Source: Geosiphon pyriformis uo1
Taxonomy: Eukaryota > Fungi > Glomeromycota
NCBI GenBank assembly: GCA_016748015.1
Contig: JAAOMT010000436.1
Span: 176,703 to 240,702, forward strand
DNA length: 64,000 nucleotides
Reading direction: 5' to 3'
Part shown: piece after piece, positions 24,946-38,988 of the stretch
Numbering within the stretch: position 1 is the first letter of the stretch
Layout of the letters: each line of letters starts with the position of its first letter
Position numbers and translations under genes: made by a program
Notes under the pieces: model-generated
Told to the model about the DNA's origin: nothing
Seen by the model: only the letters and a program-made list of their open reading frames with translations
The model's database searches: none

Positions 24946-27180
24946 ATGTTGAAAGCTTCCTTATCTCAACCACGAAATTACATAAAGATTGCGACTTTTG
25001 CCACCAAAACAAACTCCTCAAATTTAATTCCGACATCAAAGCTAATTGTAAAAATTACTTTCTTTTAATATTAAAAAGTATCGTCAGATCTTAGCACTTG
25101 CATTTTCGTTTTCAAATAAAGAAATCCATTCTCAAGAGCGTACATGTTGGAGATTATGATACCGCGATTAAAATGTCAAATTTACATACAAAATATCAAA
25201 GGTTCTCCCAATCTTTGCATATTCAAAATGAATTTAATCAAGAACATAATACTCGAGCGTTTCCAACTTCATCAAGCCAAAATTGGATCTTACATATTAT
25301 TTGTGGTGACTCGGCAGGATTGAAAGGTGATTGGGAGGAAGCGCTGGTAAATTTTTAATTTTATCTATTAAGCACTTCGAAAAACAAGAAATATCTCAGG
25401 CTTTTCAATATTTTTTATACTCCCTTTGCCCTTTGGGTGTTTTTAATATCCAAATAGAGGCAATTTGATGCAGCCATGATGTTGAGCTCTTCGGTGAATT
25501 CTGGTCCATGTAAAGAGAACTTGTATTTTAGGTGCGTTTACCCTTCATTGAAAAAACATAAATTGACGCGGTTTTCACCCTCTTGTGTAAAGGGTTTTCT
25601 CGAGGCGTTTTGAAATCCTGCTCAAAATTTTTAATCCTATATTGGATTTTTTTTTTGCATTTTATTTCATAAGGATGTGTAATGCATTTTTAGAGATCGG
25701 TAAACGCGTACCTGAAAAAAAGCTATTCTCCGAATATATTTTGCGGTCAAAAGAATTGGCAAGTGAAGGTCTCGGATATTTCAAGACCTCGTGAGACTTT
25801 TTACTTGTTTAGTTATCTTCAAATTCCATGTCATTTCGACTTCTTACTTATTTCTACGATTTCATTAAATAAAGCCAAATATTACATCATCTTGTTGGTT
25901 CTTCCCATCTCTTATTAAAAGATTATACATCAGCCATTGATTACTTTTCAAAAAGCATTTGTTATTTTGGCTTTATCCCAGATTACAAGTATTTTGACAC
26001 GCAATGGTTTCATGTTAAGTCAACAATCGGAATGGGGATCGCGTTACATCAATCAGGTAAAGGTAGTCTCGTTTTGTTTTTCGCTTTTCTTCCGAATATG
26101 CTGCTGATTAGTTAGATCGTAAGGCCTGCTCAATTATGCTTCTTAGATTTAAGTTGCTCAAAACAGGATAGCGGCTCTTGGATGATTTTCGTCTCCTTCT
26201 TTCTTTCCTCTACATAATCTCTCTATACCTAGGCAAGTATCAGGAAGCTGTAGATATCTATGAACAAGGTTTAGAGCTTCTAGAAAAAGCATGCGATAAA
26301 AACATTGATTCTCAAAAGAAAAAGAATTATTTCCTAAGCTCCATGCAGGATGAATTTCTTAAAGTCGATTCAGAGGAGTCTTTGATCCAAAAGTCTTTAG
26401 AATGGAGTTGGTGGTCAAGACCAGGTTACAGAAAAGGTATATAATTTTTCAACCACATTTTTTCTCGTCATCCATTTTCTAACTATTATCATACTCTTTA
26501 AAGAGCTCCATCTTCAGAAACTAGCTGCGATTACAATTTACAACCTCAAACTTCTCCAACACATTTTATCCTTTGAGTCAATCGAGAAGCTGGATTTTTC
26601 TTCATCTCTCCCTCCCTCGCCATCTTCACCACATTGCAAAATTAAAACCTTCCCTACAAGCATTCACCCAATATCAAAATACTCAAAATCCATCCTACTC
26701 CCAACTAATCTCTCTGTACTTCATCATCTTGCTGGCTATAATCATCTTTATTCTTCAAAAAATGAACATCAGGCTGCATACAAACAATTTTTGGATGCTC
26801 AACTTCAAGATTCAAGTATACTGGAGGGGTGGATTGCTAGGCGGGACATTTTAAAGGCTAAAAGGGTTGACGGTTCGATTAATAGTGATAATCATATCAA
26901 TCGGAATATTTGTGACGACAATAATCGCTTTGCGGATGATGCTATTGATAGTGAAGATGATTGGGAATATGACCATTTCAACTGCGAAGAGGGCTTTCTG
27001 GAAAAGGAAATGCATCTTGATGTTACAAACCCTGATCGTTTATTAATGATTGACGAAGTTATAGCAGGATTGATGAGAGAGGAGTGGGGTGGAGGTCAAT
27101 GTGAGCATAAACAGGGTGTAAAAGCTCGAATAGGTAAATCGGTTGTAGAAGAGATGATAGGGTTTGACATAATGATGTGA
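24946..27180 (+). CDS. Multi-exon helical-repeat (TPR-like) protein of unknown function
   Basis: ATG at 24946 with GT-AG introns (e.g. 25048-25094). TPR-like segments such as GIALHQSG|KYQEAVDIYEQGLELLE. Last exon ~26503-27180 is open in one frame. Basic, S/T-rich N-terminus. Confidence 0.65.
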
Positions 27181-27411
27181 AGTTTTCATTATTAGTTTAC
27201 AAATTAGGAAAAATTTTACCATTTTTAAAACCACAAACAAGTGATTAATTAAAGTAATCAAATTAGAAAAATAATATTTTTCCCATTTTTCAAGGTTGTG
27301 TTAGCACAGAGCAAGATAATTTTTATACAAGATAAAAGCAGAATAAGTACAAAGGAATGATCAAATATCCTATAAATTATTAAAATATAAACAAACAAAA
27401 ATGACGAAATT

Positions 27412-29397
27412 CTACATCATAAACATGAGGTTCATATCCATTGGGTGAGAACTAGATTTTTGTAAAATAAGAGGTTTAAATTATAGGCGAAACTTGCCAT
27501 TTAAACACAGGCAGAAACATTTATGAATTCAGATGATAAAACTTACGCGCTTAGCTGTGGTTTCTGGGAATATTTTGAGACAAGCACATCACGTATTCCG
27601 TTAAGCAATTGTTGATATGAAACTTGCCTATTTTTAGTAAGTCTGTGTAATGAGAAGAATATTTTGTTAATTCAAGGTTTATGTGGTGTTATATTTTTAA
27701 AAATAATAACAAAATTTGAAATTCGGATATTTTAATGAATATTCATACGTTGAAATAAACGCAAAGGACATTGCACCGGTATTCTCGCCACCTTCGTGGG
27801 CATCTGCGGAGGTTTGAATATCCTTACACCTTAAAGGCAGACAAATTACTCAATATTTCCAGGGTGATGTAATATATGTTCATGATTTCAAAAAGCGGTA
27901 CTTACCCGCTAAACATAATCACATCAGCAGGACTTGCTTTGGTTTGCTTGTTTTTCTCGCTAATCTTTTTCCCAGAAAATGTTTTCTTGCCGAAACTCAT
28001 TAGGCTTTCCCCTATGTTCTTATAATCCCGTCTCAGGTATGACGTACCCAGACTTAAAAGCATATTTCCACCATCCGCTAATAAATTGGGTTCTTTGAGT
28101 ATACCTTTGGTAGAGTATACATAGGGCAAATCGAGAGCTGTTCCCGAATGACAAGAATCGAAAATCACCGTAAGTCTAGCACCTATAATGATCGTATCAC
28201 AATATCATGGATTAATAAAAAATTTCGGTAAAAATAAAAATTTTACAGTCAGCCTTTGAAAATTATTCTTTTTTGCAATATAATTAGATTTCAAAAAAAT
28301 TAGAGTTCTTCTTAAATTAGGAATACTTTACCGGCTGGAAGAGGTCTCACCAAAATGTCATGCATTGTCTACCCATTTTCAGGAAAGAAATTTTAGGATT
28401 GGTATGCAAAAAAATTTTAATCTACAAACTTTTGATTGTAAAAGAAGTCTTACATCATCAACAATTTGCCCGGCCTTTTCATAGTCGAGAGGACAAATAG
28501 TTTCGTCATAACCATCATCCTCATCCCCATTGTTATCTTTTGCACGGCCACCGTGACCACTATAGTGGAGAAAGAATCTAAGAATACCAATAACCTGTTA
28601 ATAGGATCTCATAAAAGAAAATAATTGAAGCTAACTTAAAATTCTACATACGAATCATTTGGTTGTGCACCAGCCACCAGCCAGCGCATCCCAGCCAGTA
28701 TATTTTCTCGAGTAGGAATCATCTTTCGGTCACGTTGATCGTCTGTCAGAATTACCATATCCTGTTCGCGGAAATTGTAATATGTGATTATGAACTTTTT
28801 TATATTTTTCACATCATTCAGGCAACCTTTCATCCATTAAATTTGATATTAGTTACTTGTGGGGAAAAAAAATTGAAAAAAAAATTGGTTTTGAAATCTA
28901 CCTTTCAATTCACTTTTTGTCCCAGCATAATTAATTCCAATTAATAAGGCGCGTTTTCGCCCAGTACAATTTGACAACTGGAAATTTGCTGCAGGTTGTT
29001 GTGCACGGAGATTATGCTCCAACGTATATCCGGGAGGTACGGCCTGCCCACTAGGAGGTTGCGCGTAAGGAACAGGTTGTGGGCCATGATTATGGGTAGA
29101 ACCGGGTGGTTGTTGATAGGGTGGTTGTTGATAGGGTGCAGAATATTGACCAGGATAGGGGCTTTTGGTTGAGCCCCCAACCGGAAGACCCAAACCTCCT
29201 GGTGGAGGATAGACCCCAGAAGAGGAAGGGTAACCAGTTTGCGGGGGATATCCTCCCATTGGCGCACCATATTGAGGTGGTGCTACAAAACCTCCAGGTG
29301 AAGGTCGTCCTGGTGGTGGAGCAAAACCACCAAAAGAATTTGGTTGAGCACCAGGATAGCCCTTGTTCTGTTTTTTGTATGCTTGTCCTGGATACAT
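27412..29397 (-). CDS. MCA1: Type I metacaspase (peptidase C14), multi-exon
   Basis: P/Q/G/Y-rich prodomain, [24 protein letters not shown], catalytic FLHYSGHGG and [10 protein letters not shown]-terminal [13 protein letters not shown]. Stop at 27412. Confidence 0.96.
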
Positions 29398-30079
29398 ATT
29401 TAAAAAAAATTGATGAAATGGGTGAAAGTCAAGGATCGCTGAGCATAAAAAAGATTATTCACATTTTATGTGGATAAAAAGCCTATTTAATCTATTTTGG
29501 GTTTACTTTATTGATGATTTCCGATTGGCAAATTTTCTATCAAATTCGTTTCACGTTCCACAATTGATTAGAACAAGAAATACATAAATAAAATGGTTAA
29601 AGAAAATATCCTATGTCAAATTTTGTTGAGGAAATTGATGTATATTTTGGGAAGATCCTTCAAAATTCTGTTCCGCAGTGCCTACAGATTTCTTTAGAAC
29701 AATAGGACGATCTTTATATAAAGACATAGCCCAATTGATAATCATCTATCAAATTGAAAAAAGAATGCTTAATTGTTACCCAAATATTTTAATAAATGTT
29801 CACAAAAGCAATGAATCCAAGGATTTTTTCTTCAAGATTATTATTATTAGATGGTAACAGGAAATGACACATGGTACGTGTGACCAGTAACCTTATAAAT
29901 TTTGTTATAGACAAACTCTCTCAAAGTTTGCCACATTGTACAAGGCACACCAGAAAATATCTCCCAATTCATGTGACTCAGAACAATATCGCAAGCTCTA
30001 ATCTGCAATTTAAATTTTTTATTTGTAATTGTTTTAAAATAAATTATGAATATACATTTTTTAATTTTGATTTTTGAAA

Positions 30080-30222
30080 AAAAAAAACATTATTTTAATA
30101 TTATTTTGTTTTACAAAATAAAATAATAATAATAAGTAGCTAATTATACACAATTCATATTTAATATATAATAATTACATTATACAAAAATAATTAGTAG
30201 TTGAACTACACTTTTAATACAA

Positions 30223-30268
<46 letters not shown>

Positions 30269-30572
30269 TAATTAAAAATTTTAACCAAATAAAAAAGCAG
30301 TTAAAAACTGTAAATTATAATAAATAATATAAAACAAGTAAAAAAAAAATATTTTAATTATATAAATATATATTTTTAAATATATTATTTATAATATATG
30401 TATAATTTAATTTTTATTATTATTATTTTTTGTAAAAGTATAGTTTAATTACCAATTATTTTATATAATTAATTATTGTACATTAAATATAAATTATGTA
30501 CAAATTATGTATAATCAGTTACTTAATATTTAAATATAATAAAAATAATATAATAATAAATGTTGTTTTTAA
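30080..30572. mobile_element. MITE/foldback-like element with long degenerate inverted arms
   Basis: The reverse complement of ~30134-30230 (..AAAAGTGTAGTTCAACTACTAATTATTTTTGTATAATGTAATTATTATATATTAAATATGAATTGTGTATAATTAGCTACTTA) aligns with ~30423-30525 (..AAAAGTATAGTTTAATTACCAATTATTTTATATAATTAATTATTGTACATTAAATATAAATTATGTA..TAATCAGTTACTTA). (AAT)n lies inside. No target-site duplication identified. Confidence 0.65.
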
Positions 30573-30600
30573 ATTTTAATTGATAACAATAAAAAATTAA

Positions 30601-30635
<35 letters not shown>

Positions 30636-31600
30636 TAATTATTAACTTAAATTTTAATTTAATTATTAATTTAATTATTGACTTGATTATTAACTTAGTT
30701 TTTAATCTAATTATTAATTTTTTAGTTGTAAAAAAAAAGATTAAATAATAAATAATAAATAATAAAAATTAAGATAAAATCAAATTAATAAAAAAGTAAT
30801 TATTTATTAAATTCTATTGTATTTTATTATTTATTTATTTATTTTTTTCTTTCTTTCTTTCTTTTTTTTATTTTTCTTTTCAAATATTTTTATATTTTTC
30901 TTTTTTAATTTGTATTTTTAAAAAACTGTTTGTTTGTTTGTTTGTTTGTTTGTTTGTTTGTTTGTTTTTATAATTAATTAAATAAAGACATTATTGAAAA
31001 ATACAATAATATTTGTTATTAATTCTAAAAATTATAAAAATAAAACATAGAATAATAGCAACAGTATTATTTTGTTAACAATTATAAATTATTTTTCTAT
31101 CTTTAAATTTTCAAAAAAAAAAAATTTAAGCAACTATAATTTTAAGATTAATTACTTATATTAAATTTTTACAAATTTAATTCACTTTTTTAATTGAATT
31201 TTCTTTTTGATTATTTCTATTATTTTTAATAGTTTTTTTTATCTGCTATTCATTAATTTGTTACTCAGATTCGTAATAATATATAATAAATAAAAAATAT
31301 GTTAACAAAAATTTTTTATGCTTATTAAAAATTACATTAAATAATAATAATAATATAAACAAATTGGCAAAATTTATTATAACAAATGATCACAATTTTC
31401 AAAATTAATACTTAATCCAATATTTTTAAGTTAAAAATCAAGCTTTTGTTATTCAAAAATCCTTTTTTTTGCTTTTTTTTATACTAAAAACATAAATAAA
31501 GAGATCAATTAATAATTTTATTGATAGGCATTATTAAGCATTGGCATCTAATAAAAGATCCAATTTTCAATCATAATAAATACGATCATTATTAATCAAG
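30573..31600. repeat. AT-rich island with simple repeats
   Basis: (TTA)n at ~30605-30635, degenerate ~12-bp units like TTAATTATTAAC at ~30632-30720, (TTTG)~10 at 30927-30965. No coding signal. Confidence 0.7.
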
Positions 31601-31702
31601 TTATTAATTCCCTTCATAATCTAGCTTTTATAAAATTTTCGTACCCATTGAAAAATTCACTGATATCATCATTTTCAATTACACAAAACCCCTTAAAACA
31701 AA

Positions 31703-31954
31703 ATGGCAACCACAAATCAAGACTCATCACCAAAATCAAAATCACTAAAACTTTTTCAACACGAAACACAAGGTGAACACCCATGTTATAAAGAAGCATG
31801 TGCAATTCAAACATGCTTTGGAAAAAATAATTTTCAAGAATCGAAATGTGAAGATGTGATCCAAAAATTAGGTGAATGTTGTGAAAAGTTATTAAAGTCT
31901 GGTGGCGTATCTGTTAGTTGTCCCGCTAAATGGAAGCGTCTTGGTGGTAATTGA
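31703..31954 (+). CDS. CMC4: Cx9C-motif mitochondrial intermembrane-space protein (Cmc4/MTCP1 p8 family)
   Basis: PCYKEACAIQTC..NNFQESKCEDVIQKLGECC..SVSCP is the family Cys pattern. Confidence 0.88.
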   Translation: MATTNQDSSPKSKSLKLFQHETQGEHPCYKEACAIQTCFGKNNFQESKCEDVIQKLGECCEKLLKSGGVSVSCPAKWKRLGGN

Positions 31955-32252
31955 GTTGAAATGCTTTAAATAACGGTTTCTGATAAAGACTCGACCATTA
32001 ATTTCTTTATTAATGAGAGGCAATTCGTTTATGGGAGGATTTTTTGAAAGAAAATAAATAGTTTATATGAAATATATCATGTAATAGCTGATGAAATCTG
32101 AAACTAGGATGATGTTATAGTTGGCAAAAGCGTTTTATAGTTTAGAGCTTGTTGGGAACACACTTTGTCGCGTGTTAAAGATCAGCGTATAACTGAAAAG
32201 AGTCATGTGAATTAAAAAATGGATGAAAATCTAGTTTTTCAGTCTTTGAGAA

Positions 32253-33811
32253 ATGTACTCGCGTAAAACCGCTTTCATCACTCGTTCTTCTCTATCTAGT
32301 CAATGTCTTTCCTACCTTAAAGGCTTTAGTATACCTCAATATCTTCAAAAACGCTGTTTAACCTGCAGCAGTAGAAGTCGAGGAGGCTTCCCAAGTGGTT
32401 TTCTGAAGGTATGTGAGTTGTTTTTCCTGCAAGGATCTTGTGATTTATATAAATTTTAACCTTTTTAATAGACAAAAATTGGAAGAGCCTTTCGAATCAC
32501 CTCCTCTTCAAATTTATTGGTGATAAAAACGATCATTGTTGGTTATTCGCTTTGGTCATTGTATCCGCCACAAAGCTATCTCGCTTACGCTGAAGAAAAC
32601 GCCTCTGAAGATACAATAGGTAAGACAATACTTTATAATAATCTCATTTTATAAAAGTGTCCCTTCCTATTTTCTGACTTTCTAACAACTCAACACTTCA
32701 CTTTCATTTTGAAGAGGACCCCGACTCCAAACTTCATTTTCCAAAATTTATCACGCTCTATGATGAAGTTCAAGCCAGATTAATAGGTCTCGGAGTACGG
32801 ACAGTATCTTTTCTCAGGGTAAAAGTATATGTGGTTGGCTTATATATAAAAGAACAGGATATTGGTACACTTCGTAATTGGACGGTAAATTTTAAAAGAC
32901 TCTTGTGTCTCTGTTTAAAATATCTTTGTCAAGCTTTTTTTTGGTTAGAGGGTTTTTGAAATTTGATTGATCAAAGAATTATTGGGATGGAAGGGTTTTG
33001 ATAAAATAAAATTCTTATCGAGCGATGATGAGAGTATCGCGGATGCGTTGCTGGATCAACCAGTGGAATTTGCTATTCGAATTGGTGGGTTTTTTGATTC
33101 TCAATTTAAAGCTGTTTCCCACTATACGTTTTTTTTCTCTCTTCAGGTTAGACAATTTATTCAATTCCTAATTGATCATCACAGTTCCAGTACGTGATAC
33201 GAATGGTCAACATCTACGTGACGGATTCACTCGGTCACTTACCCAAAGGATCCAAGACAACTCAATTTCCGAGGAACAACAAAAGGTTCCTTTTTTAGAT
33301 TTATTTCGCCCTGTTGATAATATTAAAAATCAATATCTAATTTTTTTAAGGATTATTAGGAAATAATTGAGGCAATAACAAGTTTCAAGGGTATTTTTCC
33401 AAAAAGTTCAATTAAGAAAGGTTCATTTATGCTTTTCACGAAGCAACTTGATGGGAGCTTACGGATTGAGTACAATGTACGTTGCTAATAGTGTCGCAAT
33501 CTCTATATACATGAAAATTTGTTGTTATTATTATATTCAAAAATTGATATGGCGCTTTTTATTTCCGCTGAGAGGGTAAACAATTAGGAGTGATTCATAA
33601 CCATTGGTTATCAAAGAATCTTATATTGGGATATTTGGCTGCCAAGAAACCAATTTCTTACAAGGTATTTCAAAGTATTAGTTCTACTTTTACAGCCTTT
33701 AGATGATTTTAAATTCAACTCATGATTCCTCATCCGGTCAATATGGAAAAGGCAAAACTAAGTATTGCTGAAGGTTTGGAAGAATTATTTTTATCGGATT
33801 TTCTATCATGA
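32253..33811 (+). CDS. Chalcone-isomerase-fold mitochondrial protein (Aim18/Aim46-like), multi-exon
   Basis: Presequence-like N-terminus. DPDSKLHFP, RLIGLGVRTVSFLRVKVYVVGLYI, AIRIVPVRDTNGQHLRDGFTRSL. Stop at 33809-33811. Confidence 0.88.
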
Positions 33812-33989
33812 TTTCTTCAAACACAAAGATGTTGATTTTCTGCAAAAATCGAGTAAGTCGGGATAAGCAGTATTTCACCTTGTGCTTACCAGTATGACTA
33901 CAGAAAAAAGGTAAACTAGTTTAATCATTACTTGTGGTACTATTTTTTTTTTTATAGAATTTTTGTCACCTCGCGCGATTCTCAATATA

Positions 33990-35220
33990 AATAGGAAAAT
34001 TCTAAATATTATTTTAATGTATAAACATTAAAAATAGTTTTGTAAAATCAATATCATTTTAAATTTAAAAATAACCTTTTACAAGTGAAATAAAATGTTG
34101 TTCAAGTATTAATATGTTAATGGTAAAAAAAATCGTAGAAAAACCAAAATTGGATAGCTAAACCAAAGCTACCTTTTTAAAAAAAAGAAAACTATTTAAA
34201 AGATACAAAACATATTAAAAATTTGGTTATTATTATTGTATTTAATAATAGTAACTGGTTTTTGATTACTTTGTTTTTTCTGGTAATTTGAAAAAATGTC
34301 AATGATAAATTGTTACAAGTTTTATTATCTAAAACAAAAAAAATTATTATTTATAATCAAAATAAAACAAAATATTGTGATTAATGCTAATAATACAAAA
34401 TTAATAAAAATACTAAATTTGTTTTAAAAAAACTTTGTTTTCTAATTTTCTAAAAAAATTAGCTTTTTTTGTTTTTTGGTTGTTTAATTATTTAAACAAT
34501 AATAAAAAAATGTTTAAAAAAACAATAACTTTGATTATTAGTTTATAATTAAAAAAAACAAATGTTTATTTTTTTTTTAACAATTAAAAACTGTTTTGTT
34601 TTTATATTATTATTTAATAACAATAAAAAACACTTTTATAAATAATATTTAATTGTTTTTATTATTAAAAAAAGCTTTAATTACAAAAAAATAAATATTG
34701 TTTTTTTATTTTATTTTTTATTTTTTATTTTAATTATAATTACAAAATTTACAAAAAAGAAAAAAAAAGGGTTTTAATATTATTATAAATATTAAAATAA
34801 AAATTATTTAATATTAATTTATAAAATTAAATTTTTTTTTATTTACTTTAATAAAATATAATATAATTATTATTTATTATAATATAGTTATAATAAACTT
34901 TAAATTAATATATAATTTATGTGATTTTATATATATAATTAATTTATATATTAAATTAAATAAATTTATTTAAAATAATTATTTTTTAATATAATTACAA
35001 TTAATTTATTGTTATTAAAAATACCAAAAAAGCAATAACTTTAATATAAAATTTAACACCAATAAAACAATTTTTAAAAATTTTAAAAACTAATTACAGA
35101 TTTTATTATTTAAATATAATACAACTGCAACTTATAAATAATAAAAATAAACACAATATTTAACGACAAAAAGACTAGATCTTTATTAAATAAAAGAAAC
35201 AATGATTTCCCCCATATTAT
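33990..35220. repeat. AT-rich island, degenerate dispersed repeat
   Basis: Roughly 85-90% AT by eye. ~34320-34750 is collinear with ~2915-3420. Confidence 0.65.
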
Positions 35221-35222
35221 TT

Positions 35223-36807
35223 TCAAGACTTTAATACAGCCAAATTATCTCGATGAATTACACATTCGGAATCGGCATAACCCAAAAGTCTGAATATTTC
35301 CGAACTCTGGGATCCTTTAATTCTACTAATCTCGACTGACGAGTAATTCACCAGCCCTTTTCCTAACTCGACAACTTCCAAACCTCCATCATCTTTTTTC
35401 TTTTCAACTACAACTTTAACCGCTTGATCCGCGACAAAGTTTCCTTCTATTTGCGTAATACCGACCGCGAACAGACTACTCGTTTGTCCAACCTTGGTAA
35501 TGGCCCGATAGGCACCCTCATCAATAAAAATGGTACCCGCAGTATGCAGACCATGCAGAATCCACCATTTACGATCCACTAATGGATTATTTTTGGCAAG
35601 GAAACGCGTATGCAATGGGAGAGCGGGATTCAGAGATGTTGTGATACTCGGATTATTGGAAAGATGCGCAATGATCGAGATAATATTTTTAGGATTTGAA
35701 CCACGACTAATTATTGTGGTGACTCCGGCCGCGGTGGCCAAGTCAGCTGCGATTAATTTTGTTGTCATTCCACCTGTACCAAGTGCACTGCCCGGTGATG
35801 AAACTATCACTTTTTACGGTATTAAAATTTAAATATTACGAGAGAGGAAAGTCTTGCCAACAGTGAAAGATGGGGATAGAAATAAAAAGAACCTTTCTGT
35901 TTTAAACCACCAACATCATCAACAATCTCAACAGGTGATGCGTTAGGATTGGTTCGTGGATTATCAGTGTACAAACAATCGACGTCGGTCATTAAGAATA
36001 AATAATCCGCGTTAACCATACCTGCTGTTATGGCCGATAAAGTATCATTGTCTCCAAATCGAATTTCCTAAACGTAAGAACGATGAGAAGAGGTATTTTA
36101 TTGATAAAAAATATGATTCAGAAAATGACTTCAATCAAAAATACCTACGCGAACAGAAATCGTGTCATTCTCGTTAACGATTGGAACCACTCCGATTGCC
36201 AATAACTCGGTGAAGGTGTTAACAGCATTCAAATATTGCGTCCTCTATTTTATCCAAGGCAAAAAATATTAATTTCAAAGAGGTAATGGAAACACGTATA
36301 GAAACTGATTCTCGATTTTTCTCGTTTACATCGGCTATATCATTACGCGTCAAGAGTATTTGAGCAATGGGTTGATTAAGTTGAGTAAATAGATCATCGT
36401 ACATTCGCATTAATCTTCCTTGTCCAACAGCGGCCACTGCCTTAAAGAATAAAAATTATTAATTCGTTCAAAGAATCAAAAATCATGACGAGAATATTAT
36501 CACATTAATCCACTTTTTACCAACTTATTGACCAAGTTAAACAAACAAAAAATCATACCTGAATAGCTGCCAACTTTTTTGGCTTCTTTTCCATGTTCAA
36601 ACGCCGTAGCCCAACTCCAATAGCACCGCTAGTTACTAGAATCACTCTGTGGCCCAAAGTACGTAGTTTCACGATAGTTTCAACCAGCAGGGAAAGGTTC
36701 GACAATAGAGGCAGGTGTGTCTCTTCCTCACATATTGAAGAAGTGCCTAGTTTTATCACGATTGTAAGAATGGAGTTCTTGCCGGTACGAGGATTTTTTG
36801 AAGTCAT
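35223..36807 (-). CDS. PRO1: Glutamate 5-kinase with PUA domain, multi-exon
   Basis: [54 protein letters not shown] and C-terminal PUA ([24 protein letters not shown]). ATG at 36807. Confidence 0.96.
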
Positions 36808-38505
36808 TTTTAGTAAAAAGGTGGACTTGTAACTTTTTTTCAACAACAATTTTGATCTGTTTAAATATTCAGATCAGCATTGTAAAATAATATGTATATA
36901 TTCTGGATCTGACAATTATTATTATTAAAAAAATGGAATGTAAGGAGAAAAGACTTTTTTTAAAAAAATAACTTCAAAATGATGTTAAATTTCTGGAAAG
37001 AGCTCAATTATGAAGTTTTTGAGTTTCAGTTTCTGAAATCATTAATTTTCTTAATTCGAAGATTACATGGAGGCCTTTTTTGAAGAAGAAGAAGAAGAAG
37101 AAGCAGGAAAACTTTACTACTACCCTTATGAGAATATGGACTTATTGACATATGAGACTCAACTGTGGATGCCTTACTTCTTATCTCGAAAGCAATGATA
37201 GATTAATTGAATAAAGCCCTACACAAGTTTCTAAATCTATTTCCATGAAAACCTAATGGACGCAAGAAAAAAAAATCCAACGAAAAATAGTCACAATAAA
37301 CATTAAAAGCCAGGGGATACCAACAGTATTTAAAATGAAAATCACTTTATAACTGAACGCTACGTACTGTGAACTAGCAGAAACCCTTCCCCGATTGTTT
37401 CGCAAGGACTCATGTGATAGATGATCGTCAACCAAGCGCCTCAGGAAGTCAATCTAATGCGAGTCCCCAAACTTATTGCGAAACAGTCAGTTCAAAAATA
37501 TTCATTTTAACCTTTGAAAAGAAAGGATCTTTTAATTAAATTTCAAAGAAGAATCGGATTTAAGGAAAGATTAAATTTGAATTTTTTGAATACTTTAATG
37601 GAAAAACCTATTCAAAAAAATCTAGGACAAGGTATTTAAATTATGACTTAAATATATGATTGGGAAGTTATACAATTTGGGCTCTGGATAAAAAAGAAAT
37701 TTGATTTTTTTTAATTATTTATTTGAATTAACTTTAGTTTAAACCTTAAAGAAATTTAAAGATAAAAAATTATCTTGAACTATAAAAAAATGACTTCCAA
37801 CTCAATATTGGATCTCCTTATTAATCGGAAATTCATAAAAGTTCTCATGGTGAATAAAAAAATCATAAAAAATGGTGCCCACAATTATTAATTATTTGAG
37901 AAGCAAAAAAAAAACCGATCAAAATTTCACATAACTTTTTAGTAAATTCATTTCACTAAGTCATGTCAAATGGTTTTTTATTTTTAAGTTGAATATTTTA
38001 AAATTATTTTAAAAATGAAAATATAGAACTTTTTTTTTAGTCAAAATTTATTTTCAAGGTCGCTTTAAATCCCATTATTAAAAAGATTCATTAATCAATT
38101 TTGAGAAAAAGACGATAAGGATTATAATTTGCGAAAAAGAATAATAACATTAATAATAAATCTCAAAAACGGGTATTGTTAAAAGATAAATTTTGTATTT
38201 GAAAAACTTGAGAACCAAATTTTTTCTCATTAAATAAAAACTTTATTTATTTATTTATTTATTTACTTACTTATAAACAGAAATCTCTTGAAAAAAATAA
38301 AAAAGGTCGAATGGAAAAGAAAAAAATACTGAAAAAAAAATGAAAGCATTACTTCTATTATCTACATAAGTTAAATAAATAATCAAGCTTTTTATTTAAT
38401 ATTAAATATTATTTTATATTTATATTTATTGATTTTTTATTTAAGATTAAATATTATTTTATATTTTTATTTGATAATTACAAATTTATTATAATACATA
38501 CAAAT

Positions 38506-38536
<31 letters not shown>

Positions 38537-38590
38537 TATTTATTAATTATAAATATAAATGATTTATTTAATCATAATTAATATATATAT

Positions 38591-38851
38591 ATATATACAG
38601 TATATATTATTATTAATAAAATCTTTGTCACATGAACTTTTATTTTCTGTATACAGTATATAGAATATCTTTTCATATATATAAAACACTTTTCTATATA
38701 TAGGAAAACCTTTTAAAACTGGTTCATGTGACAAAATAAATTTTCTACAAGATTGAGTTTTTGAATAGATCATGTTTATCGAAAGGTTGTTTATTATTTG
38801 TTATAAATCTAATATAATACTTTTGGTCGGAGATATATATACTGTATATAT
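38591..38851. repeat. Nested inverted repeats upstream of URM1
   Basis: 17-bp IR 38591-38607/38835-38851, 14-bp perfect IR TTTGTCACATGAAC 38624-38637/38722-38735, 9-bp IR 38657-38665/38692-38700. Confidence 0.7.
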
Positions 38852-38988
38852 TATATATATATATTTTTACATGGATTTATTTATGCTGTTCCATTTTGTT
38901 TTTTGTTTTTTTTTAAGGTTCAATTGTCACGACTGATTAAAAATTTTATTTTTCAAAGTTTTCCCTTATATACTTTAATAGTTAGATA

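Noticed and set aside
30600-30970. CRISPR-like or telomeric array
   Set aside because: Only simple and degenerate short tandem repeats with no unique spacers and no TTAGGG tract. The context is eukaryotic.
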